Under the pieces are notes generated by a model. That model did not search any database. It had not been told where the DNA came from and saw only the letters and a program-made list of their open reading frames with translations. Below are positions 56,745 to 64,000 of a DNA stretch of 64,000 bases, piece after piece (position 1 is the stretch's first letter; each line of letters opens with the position of its first letter). A program made the translations under genes and the position numbers. The DNA is taken from sequence record MH221129.1; one strand, written 5' to 3'.

Positions 56745-58607
56745 TTACAGTTTGAAGCTGCCCAGAGTAACGCCCAGATCGTAGTCGCTACCGCTCGCAG
56801 ACAGGCCAGTACCAGACAGAGTGAAGTCTTCCCCACCGTTGTTGAAGAACAGGGAAGTCGCCATCGTGTTGTAGGCGTTCACACCGGTCATAGACCAGGT
56901 GCAGTGCTTACGTACGAAGTCCAGCAGGCATTTCGCGAACACCGGGTTAATCGCCATATCCAGAGATTCACCAGTAGTGGTAGGACCTTTGGAAGCGAAC
57001 AGAGAGGCGGCCAGCTTCAGCATGTAGATACGCTGAGCACGGTTGCCAAACTCACGGTGAGAGTAGGACTGTGCGTTCAGGTAGGTGTACACATCGTTCG
57101 CGTTGTCGCCGAGTTTGGTTACAACGGAGATGAGGTCCATATCCTGGAAGCTACGTTTCTGTGCAGTACCGGTGTAAACACCAGACACAGTTGGTACCGC
57201 AGCTTTAACGACGTGACGGCACTGGATAGTACCATTGTAATCGTTACCCAGCGCTTGTTTCAGCGCGGCAGCGAATTCCGCCGTGAAGCTGGTCTCTGCA
57301 ACAACTTCGCCCTGGCCGTTACGCGGGGACATACCGTTCAGGATTGCGAGCAGCTGTTTCAGAGAGTTGTCGTTACCGACTGCGATTTCAGACAGCATAG
57401 TAGACAGACCACCCAGGCCGTTACCGGCGCGATGGCTAACCACCAGTGCTGCTTCACGCGGTGCGAACATATCCAGGCAACCTTCGATAGCTTCTTTGCT
57501 ACCGTCGATTTTGGACACGTCAGGACGCGCATCAGCACCCCAGGACAGGTATTCTGCCACACGGGAGAACTTACGGTCAGACTTGTTCAGACGTTTCATG
57601 AACAGGTCACGCCAGCCGCCGATAGCCGCGATTTCCGCGAAGGAAGCCAGCATCATCAGCTGACGTTCGAACGGTGCCAGAGAACCTTCCGCCTGAGAGT
57701 CGACCAGGCTTACCACGATTTCAGCCTGCAGCTGTTTCAGGTCGTAGACGCCGTTGTTAACTGGCTTCTGACCGGTAAAGCGCATGTTGATGAAACCGGT
57801 ACCGTGAACACGCGGGTACAGTTGAATCTGGCTGTTATCCAGCAGAGTCGGAGTAGCCGCATCGGCGTTGGTCGGAGTGTGTTCCAGGGTGATAGCAAAG
57901 TCAGCACGTTGTGCGTGACCGTTACCGTCGATTACAGCACCTTCTTCCAGCGGCATCACAGATGCATTGAAGCGATCGGATTTACGCAGACGCATTTCGC
58001 CCAGGTAACCAGAGATACGGCCGAAGATGCCGAGCATCATCTGACCCATCAGCTGACGTGCCCAGGTTTCGTTCAGCTCTTTGCCCAGATCCGGCACAGA
58101 GTTGATGGACATGTAGTTTGCGTTCGGCAGGTTGTGAGTTGCCATGATGTTAGCCTGAATCACTTTCAGGGTTTCATCGTTGAACAGCTCAGTGATGGTG
58201 TAGTAATCTTCCTGCGCGCCGTTAGACACTTCTTTCAGGCGCAGAGACTGGCCACGTTCGAAGAAGATGATACCGTACAGCCAATGGCCTTTGTATTCAC
58301 CAGCAACGTATGCCGCAGAACCCATCTCGCCACCTACGCCGGTAGCGGTGCCCCAACGGAAACGGTTGAGGTATTCGTTGTTCTTACGCATTTCGTCCAG
58401 CAGACTGACGAAGTGAGTTGCGTAAGAGTTAATGTTACGCCAGCCGAAAGAGCTGTCGAAGGAACCTACGTTGGTAACACCGGCGACGTTTTGAGCAGGT
58501 GCAACAGTTTCGTTACCCAGTCCGCCCAGACCAGCTGCAGGCTGCTGAGTAGTAGTAGTAGTCTGCTGAGAAGCGCCGTTGTTGTTATCGTTCACAACTT
58601 TAACCAT
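56745..58607 (-). CDS. chmA: Chimallin, major phage nuclear shell protein (phiKZ gp54-like)
   Basis: 620 aa with low-complexity N-terminal arm and extreme codon bias; directly upstream of beta'-N; two early promoters upstream and a terminator downstream. Confidence 0.85.
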   Translation of the reverse strand: MVKVVNDNNNGASQQTTTTTQQPAAGLGGLGNETVAPAQNVAGVTNVGSFDSSFGWRNINSYATHFVSLLDEMRKNNEYLNRFRWGTATGVGGEMGSAAYVAGEYKGHWLYGIIFFERGQSLRLKEVSNGAQEDYYTITELFNDETLKVIQANIMATHNLPNANYMSINSVPDLGKELNETWARQLMGQMMLGIFGRISGYLGEMRLRKSDRFNASVMPLEEGAVIDGNGHAQRADFAITLEHTPTNADAATPTLLDNSQIQLYPRVHGTGFINMRFTGQKPVNNGVYDLKQLQAEIVVSLVDSQAEGSLAPFERQLMMLASFAEIAAIGGWRDLFMKRLNKSDRKFSRVAEYLSWGADARPDVSKIDGSKEAIEGCLDMFAPREAALVVSHRAGNGLGGLSTMLSEIAVGNDNSLKQLLAILNGMSPRNGQGEVVAETSFTAEFAAALKQALGNDYNGTIQCRHVVKAAVPTVSGVYTGTAQKRSFQDMDLISVVTKLGDNANDVYTYLNAQSYSHREFGNRAQRIYMLKLAASLFASKGPTTTGESLDMAINPVFAKCLLDFVRKHCTWSMTGVNAYNTMATSLFFNNGGEDFTLSGTGLSASGSDYDLGVTLGSFKL

Positions 58608-58655
58608 GGTTAATAATCCTTAATAGTGAATACAATCGTAGTAGAAGTTCACGGT

Positions 58656-58760
58656 GATAATATCTAACTGAGAATTTATGGAATGCAGGTAAGCCGTCGC
58701 TCACAGCACAGACATAATCCAGAGAGATAACCGGAACCGTCACATAGATAATATCAATCT
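58656..58760 (-). promoter_or_regulatory. Tandem early promoters for chmA (58656-58669 and 58747-58760)
   Basis: Minus strand AGTTAGATATTATC and AGATTGATATTATC. Confidence 0.6.
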
Positions 58761-58812
58761 GTAAATTTTTTGACTGTGACTGACTTCCTATGTGGAATCT
58801 AAGGAGTCTGCC

Positions 58813-59877
58813 ATGTTCAGCCAAGCCGAGTTAAACCAAGTGGCCATAAAGGGTCACAACACGGACCCTTCCGCTATAACATTAGCGGCTCACGTAAAAA
58901 ACAACAGCCAGCGTATACGCAACTACTTCGAACAGCTAAATCGCAGTGCTGGTAATGGCCATTTGTTGCAACAGGTGCTGTCTGCCACCGGCTATGCCGC
59001 TGACCCGGATTACAGCGATATCGAATGGGCTTGCCGTCGCAAGCTTGTCCAAATCGGTAACGCTCTACGCCTGACGTCTGTTGGTGAGTACGGTCAAATC
59101 TTTAATGGTAAGTTTATCCAGGGCCAAGATGAAGTAATATCACTTGTTGCCCGCCCAGTAAATCCAGACCTGTCGTTCCGCGACTACACCCCCGCCCGTT
59201 ACCTCTACCACGAGTATACTAACCTCAACTGGAAGATGGGTGATGGACGGCCCCGAGGTGTGTCGGTGATCGAAATCAACCTGGTCGCCTTGCTTTGGCA
59301 ATACGTCAAAGGTCAGCAACACTATAGTCGCGGAAATGAACCTATTGCCACGCCCGTGTATCTGCAGCGACATGTGATTTCTCGTATGTTGCCCAGTTAC
59401 ATGGATATCGCCTTTCTGAACATTCATAGGGCGATTGCGTTTGGTAAAGAAGTAGAGCCGGACGAGTCCTTGCGGGTTATACCGACGCCCCCCCTTCAAG
59501 AACTGGCCTTGAAGAACGCGCGGGCTATCAACAAGAAACTGTTGGCAGCAAACCCAATACCTGGACAAGTCCTGAACAACGTTCCGCTGTTCTTCCAATA
59601 TCCCAACGAAGAAGGCCATACGGCCATTGAACTGATTCTTTTCAGAGAACCAGGTCAGACCCTTCAAAACACCTGGCACCAGAACATGGTGAACTGGTAC
59701 TGGGCGTTGTACTGTTTCCAGTACGACGGAGGACACATGGAGAAATACAAGAAAACCCTGCTCGTTGACTTAGCGCGCTATGAGGACTCTAAGGTACTCA
59801 CCCGGCTTTCTAAGTCGTTCTACAACTACGTGCAGCGCGATCTGATTAAACCCATGTACGAAGCGTTGGAAATTTGA
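58813..59877 (+). CDS. Conserved virion protein (phiKZ gp52 / SPN3US gp21 position)
   Basis: ATG 58813 with AAGGAG; about 354 aa; divergent from chmA. Confidence 0.65.
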   Translation: MFSQAELNQVAIKGHNTDPSAITLAAHVKNNSQRIRNYFEQLNRSAGNGHLLQQVLSATGYAADPDYSDIEWACRRKLVQIGNALRLTSVGEYGQIFNGKFIQGQDEVISLVARPVNPDLSFRDYTPARYLYHEYTNLNWKMGDGRPRGVSVIEINLVALLWQYVKGQQHYSRGNEPIATPVYLQRHVISRMLPSYMDIAFLNIHRAIAFGKEVEPDESLRVIPTPPLQELALKNARAINKKLLAANPIPGQVLNNVPLFFQYPNEEGHTAIELILFREPGQTLQNTWHQNMVNWYWALYCFQYDGGHMEKYKKTLLVDLARYEDSKVLTRLSKSFYNYVQRDLIKPMYEALEI

Positions 59878-59926
59878 GAATTACTCTCTCCTGTCGAACA
59901 CCCTTTCGAGTATTCATACTATATAC

Positions 59927-59968
59927 AAAAACTACACACTTCGGTGTGTAGTTCTTTTTTTATTTTTT
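59927..59968. terminator. Bidirectional terminator
   Basis: AACTACACAC-TTCG-GTGTGTAGTT with a long T-tract on + and an A-tract before it. Confidence 0.85.
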
Positions 59969-60631
59969 GTCTGGGTGGTTGTTAAGGTATTGCAACGCGC
60001 ACGCCACTGCAGCAGGATCGGTTGTCTGGATGGCTGTAAACTCAATCTCCAGCCCCACACCCAACGACTTCTTTTTCTTGCCGCACTGGTAATAGGCAAT
60101 GCCTAATTGCTTGCACACAGAGGCAACATTCGTCTCAGTAAAACGAACCACGTGTGTATTGCTACCCGGATCGATAATCACAAAGTCTACGTCAATCGTT
60201 GCGTTCGGTGACCAGACCTCTGGACCACGATGGCCATCACGGACAACTGCTGCATCACCAACCCATGGTAGCTTTCGCAGATATTCGACCAATGCCACTT
60301 CACGAGACTTGTGTGACATGGCCCATTCGATATTCTCCGACTGAACCTCTTCAACGCACTTATAGTGCCAGTTCATTTCAGTAAGTAGCTGTTTGGCCAG
60401 AGGTGAGGTCGGGTGAACAGCGACTAATAATTGAGTGCCTTTACCATTCGGTTGTGTGACCGATTGTGCCAGTGGTGTGCGGAAGTTGCGAATAGCTTCG
60501 CCATAACCACTTTGAGCAAAGGCTTTCTCTACACGTTTGCTTACCTGCTCAGCGAGTTCGCCACGGCTGGCGGTAAGGTAAATCAATTCGGCTGTTGACA
60601 TCGACAGCTTCAAATCATGTTCATCACTCAT
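59960..60631 (-). CDS. Hypothetical protein
   Basis: 223 aa, ATGA coupling. Confidence 0.7.
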   Translation of the reverse strand: MSDEHDLKLSMSTAELIYLTASRGELAEQVSKRVEKAFAQSGYGEAIRNFRTPLAQSVTQPNGKGTQLLVAVHPTSPLAKQLLTEMNWHYKCVEEVQSENIEWAMSHKSREVALVEYLRKLPWVGDAAVVRDGHRGPEVWSPNATIDVDFVIIDPGSNTHVVRFTETNVASVCKQLGIAYYQCGKKKKSLGVGLEIEFTAIQTTDPAAVACALQYLNNHPDKK

Positions 60632-60825
60632 TTTCGTGTTTCCGTGAAATCACTCATGTACGGCTTGCCCCAAACATCCACTTTACGCTTCCGTTTAGGG
60701 TCGTGAGCCGTCACGTGAATTGTTTCACCGGCGCTATGCAGTGTAATATCCACACAGCCCCGGTCTTCGAGATCGCGGCGAATGTCTGCAAGCATTTCAG
60801 TAGACTTTGCGCTATTGCGATACAT
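60628..60825 (-). CDS. Small hypothetical protein
   Basis: 65 aa, SD GAAGGG. Confidence 0.6.
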   Translation of the reverse strand: MYRNSAKSTEMLADIRRDLEDRGCVDITLHSAGETIHVTAHDPKRKRKVDVWGKPYMSDFTETRK

Positions 60826-61084
60826 ACCCTTCCACCCAGACGTTCATGGAGCCTACCGCAGCAACCCATCCGTCAATGACGTTATCGTGCACTTTATTAA
60901 TCGACACGACAGGCTTCATTGTTTTCCAGCGTTCATCACGTGGCGATACTGAGCCTTCTGTCGACGCTATTGTTTGAAACTGCGTTGGCAACGACAGCAC
61001 ATGTTGTCGTACCAGATTAGGCTGACTGCGCAACCAGAGTTTCCGCCAACCCCAACTATTTACTTTACGCTTTCGTATCGACAT
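60812..61084 (-). CDS. Small basic hypothetical protein
   Basis: 90 aa, SD AAGGA. Confidence 0.55.
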   Translation of the reverse strand: MSIRKRKVNSWGWRKLWLRSQPNLVRQHVLSLPTQFQTIASTEGSVSPRDERWKTMKPVVSINKVHDNVIDGWVAAVGSMNVWVEGYVSQ

Positions 61085-61206
61085 GATGATCTTCCTTTAA
61101 ATAAGATAACCAGAAATTGAGTATCCTTCGTGGCAGAAACGGAACGTTCTTAATCTCAAAAGTGATTGAGGGTAGCGCTTTCTGCTCCAACGGGCAAACG
61201 CGTTTC

Positions 61207-63492
61207 TTAATCCTCCGCTTCTTCCCCATCTTCATCTTCCTCTTCTGCGTCACGATCGGCTTTCTTGATGTAAGTACCGTCACCGATTTCTTTGGCCACA
61301 TCTTCTAAACCTTCACCGTAGTAGTCAGACAGCAAACGTGTTCTGTTTTTGTCCATCATAAACACACCCAGGCATTCCAGGATGTGATAGTACGGTTCTA
61401 CAGTAGAAAATGCACTACGACGTACGTCGGCTGCATCAATCAATTCAGGTGGAATACCAAAGTTCTCAACCAAGAACTCGGGGAGAATCAAGGTACGATA
61501 GCAACGATAGTTGTGTTCTTCGAACCACTTGGTTGCAGTATTTTTAATCATTGGGTCTTTAATGGACTCCAACCATTCTTTTACTGCGGTTTTGTTTTCC
61601 AGGTTAACTGGAAGTTTTACCGCATCGTACGGTGGCTCATCCAGGTACCCGTATTTCGGTCCAAAGATGCTGTTGTACATGCGATGGTAATGATAACTCT
61701 TTTCATCATCGTCCGCGTATGCACTGCGGTCTTTGATGTTGGTGGTTTTCAGATAACCTGCTTTACCGCCACGGATAGAATCCACCACGGTGTGCTCAAT
61801 GGCTGCGACTTTCTCCAGTAACGGCAGAATCTGAATTTTATCACCGCGTGCCACAATCTCACAGAGTTCTTTAATGGTGCGTTTGAACTCTTTCATGATT
61901 ACCGGCGGGATATTCGATGTACGCAGAGATACCCCTTTTACTTCCAGTTCTGGGTCAGACTTAAGTTGTCCCTCCTGGCCGGTGATGATGGAGAAGTAGT
62001 GTTTCGCTTTGGTCGTCAGCGCAAACGAGTCAAACTTAAACTCGTTCTTCATGGCATACAGGAACAGACGTTCTTTCGCTACGCCGATGTTAGCCGACAT
62101 ACTGGCCATCAAATGACGCAGGTGCTGCGTTGCAATATAAATCATCGCATCGGAAACACGCGTCGCTTCCACACCGTAGTGCTGGCCGGTGTACCACTGT
62201 GCCCACCATTGTGCCGTCATCATCGTGGAGTCTGTATCGGACACCACACCCACACGACGCACCACATCAGGCATACGCGCAATGTTAATTGGCAAGTTCT
62301 TGGTGGTTAAGATGTTACGAATCAGGCACGAATACTTACCAATGGTTTTCTGCAGATAGACCGCAGAGCGAATCAGCTCTTTGTATTTGTCTTGCAGTTC
62401 CCACGGTTCAGCTTTGTTGGTTTTCTCGTCTTTGAGTTTGACATCAGAGAAAGATTTTCCGAGGGGGACGATATCAGTACGGAACTGTGAAATGATGATT
62501 TGCATATCGCCATCGATAGTGCGCTCAGCTGAGTCCCAATCGGTGATTTCATCTTCCATCTCCTCAGCAATCAATGCACGAACGAATTCGCGCATAAACG
62601 CATCGTTGTATTTCGCCAGATGGTAGAAGTCGCCCATGTACACGAATGCTGCGCGTACCAGGTCACTACAGTTGCCCACGTAATGGCGAACAAAGTTCAG
62701 ACCCTCTTCATTACGGAAGTAGAAGTCTGCAGAGTATTCGATAACTTCCATTACTTCGTCGACTGTTGGATAATGCAGGTTATACATTTCCATGCAACGT
62801 TTGAATTCGTGGAAGTCAGTAAGTGTACCAATCGACAAGAGATGATCGATAACACGTGATGGGGTATCGTAATGACGATTACCACCCAACAGACGTTCGT
62901 TACCTGCGTTACCGAACGACGTAGCCGTACGACAGGTAGACGTCAGTACGGAGTGTGAAGACTGGTTAAAGATTACGGTGTATGGGGAAGAGAAGGCCCC
63001 AGACATACCGTTGTTCAAAGTCTTAACGGCGTTCTGTTCGTTCTTTTTGTTAATACGTAAGACTTCATTCCCTGCCGCACCGGCGGCATACATTTCTTTC
63101 TTAACCACAGCACGCTTTCGCACGTTCTCTGCAGTGAATTCTGCAAGCTTAGAACGCTTAACGTGTTCTGGTAAATAGAAGGTCAGCGATGGCGCGGAGA
63201 TGATCTGCTTATCAATCACCGTACGGAACAGTTTATCCACGGTGGTGTACTTCTCTTCGCGATCGCCGGTCTTCTGGTTGCGCACCCACATCTTACACAC
63301 GGGGAAATCGTGTGTTAACTCGCCACCCGGAGCAAACATTTCTTCGACTTGTTGTCGACAGAACTCCAAAGAATATTTTTGAGCGGTAACGGTATGAATG
63401 TAGAGTGCCAGTTGTTCGTAGTATCCATCAATGATGTCAATATCGCGATGGTACTCGTCTTGATCCAGACGAAATGGTGAGTTGTAATCCAC
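61207..63492 (-). CDS. Split family-B DNA polymerase, polymerase subunit (phiKZ gp50 / SPN3US gp18-like)
   Basis: GTG 63492 (AAGGGG SD; the ORF-track start 63612 lies inside the upstream gene, beyond its terminator). Motif B QNAVKTLNNGMSG, motif C SDTDS, acidic tail. Confidence 0.9.
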   Translation of the reverse strand: MDYNSPFRLDQDEYHRDIDIIDGYYEQLALYIHTVTAQKYSLEFCRQQVEEMFAPGGELTHDFPVCKMWVRNQKTGDREEKYTTVDKLFRTVIDKQIISAPSLTFYLPEHVKRSKLAEFTAENVRKRAVVKKEMYAAGAAGNEVLRINKKNEQNAVKTLNNGMSGAFSSPYTVIFNQSSHSVLTSTCRTATSFGNAGNERLLGGNRHYDTPSRVIDHLLSIGTLTDFHEFKRCMEMYNLHYPTVDEVMEVIEYSADFYFRNEEGLNFVRHYVGNCSDLVRAAFVYMGDFYHLAKYNDAFMREFVRALIAEEMEDEITDWDSAERTIDGDMQIIISQFRTDIVPLGKSFSDVKLKDEKTNKAEPWELQDKYKELIRSAVYLQKTIGKYSCLIRNILTTKNLPINIARMPDVVRRVGVVSDTDSTMMTAQWWAQWYTGQHYGVEATRVSDAMIYIATQHLRHLMASMSANIGVAKERLFLYAMKNEFKFDSFALTTKAKHYFSIITGQEGQLKSDPELEVKGVSLRTSNIPPVIMKEFKRTIKELCEIVARGDKIQILPLLEKVAAIEHTVVDSIRGGKAGYLKTTNIKDRSAYADDDEKSYHYHRMYNSIFGPKYGYLDEPPYDAVKLPVNLENKTAVKEWLESIKDPMIKNTATKWFEEHNYRCYRTLILPEFLVENFGIPPELIDAADVRRSAFSTVEPYYHILECLGVFMMDKNRTRLLSDYYGEGLEDVAKEIGDGTYIKKADRDAEEEDEDGEEAED

Positions 63493-63540
63493 GACTGGCC
63501 CCTTGGTTAGTCCTCTGCTATAAGACTTCCCGGAAACGTG

Positions 63541-63568
63541 AAAAAAGAAACCCACTCCGAAGAGTGGG
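63541..63568 (-). terminator. Intrinsic terminator
   Basis: CCCACTC-TTCG-GAGTGGG then TTTCTTTTTT. Confidence 0.8.
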
Positions 63569-63574
63569 GATTTC

Positions 63575-63985
63575 TTAACCGGCCACGTTGTCGATGATTT
63601 CAAAATCGACATCGTTAAAGCCCTTGGAGGCCAGTGCCAGTTTCAATTCATCGATTTCTTGCTTGTTATCGAGTGTAACTGTGAATCTAACAGAGACGCT
63701 CTCGATAATCTGCACGTTACGAATCCACGCATCTGCAGCAACCTTCGGCTTGCCGTCGGTACCTTTGAAGATGAGGTACGTGTATTTGTTCACGTTGTCT
63801 TCAGGTTGTGACACAAGCGAAGAGTAAATGTTCTTCTGCTCGGCCATGATGTCCTGATAACTTTTGGCCATCTCGTAGCCAGCGCCTGTGGCTAACACGA
63901 TAACACGCGTTTCTTGTCCTTTCAGCGGGGTGTCGTAAACGATGTTTACTTTCTGTCCCGCAACCAGGGTACGTACATCAAACAT
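63575..63985 (-). CDS. Conserved protein (phiKZ gp49 position)
   Basis: 136 aa, SD GGAGGAGG. Confidence 0.7.
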   Translation of the reverse strand: MFDVRTLVAGQKVNIVYDTPLKGQETRVIVLATGAGYEMAKSYQDIMAEQKNIYSSLVSQPEDNVNKYTYLIFKGTDGKPKVAADAWIRNVQIIESVSVRFTVTLDNKQEIDELKLALASKGFNDVDFEIIDNVAG

Positions 63986-64000
63986 TATTCCTCCTCCGGA

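Noticed and set aside
58550-58565. (AGT)n microsatellite
   Set aside because: It simply encodes the Thr run in the chimallin N-terminal arm.
56904-58613. 569-aa + strand ORF
   Set aside because: Antisense shadow of chimallin. The same applies to 50194..50901 (chmC), 21312..22091 and 42069..42953.
63493-63612. ORF-track N-terminal extension of the DNA polymerase
   Set aside because: It begins inside the upstream gene and crosses its terminator; GTG 63492 has a proper SD.
1-64000. tRNAs, CRISPR arrays, group I introns, inteins, IS elements, recoded stop codons
   Set aside because: No cloverleaf, spaced direct repeats, HNH/LAGLIDADG or intein motifs were seen; core genes are continuous under the standard code.

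Overview
A 64 kb segment of a nucleus-forming jumbo phage (Chimalliviridae, phiKZ-like). It looks closest to the Salmonella SPN3US / Erwinia Asesino-phiEaH2 group, judging by gene order and A-x-E prohead-protease sites (MCP ATE-130, head protein AQE-125; comparison from memory). About 50% GC, dense, mostly minus strand. From right to left it holds: the polymerase half of a split family-B DNA polymerase; chimallin (nuclear shell); the non-virion RNAP beta'-N; an SbcD nuclease; ChmC; the gp68-like sigma-like subunit; PicA; a gp70-like protein; nvRNAP beta-C and beta'-C; an SF2 helicase; a putative tail-assembly chaperone pair; virion RNAP beta'-M; the exonuclease half of the DNA polymerase; head-ejection and baseplate genes; two early accessory islands (one with DHFR, one next to a stand-alone NAD-ligase Ia domain); a DnaB-like helicase; and the 5' part of the major capsid protein. 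No tRNA, rRNA, CRISPR array, intron or IS was recognised. Most interesting observations: (1) a -1 programmed frameshift signal (U UUU UUC) fusing a 687-aa Zn-binding protein to the next ORF, a lambda G/GT-like arrangement; (2) a terminator versus SD-sequestering switch between beta'-C and the helicase; (3) GLFG-like LGG repeats on PicA and gp70-like proteins; (4) an SSB-like tail on ChmC; (5) a family of early promoters and a conserved leader motif. Homologue names rest on synteny and motifs recalled from the literature, not on database searches.
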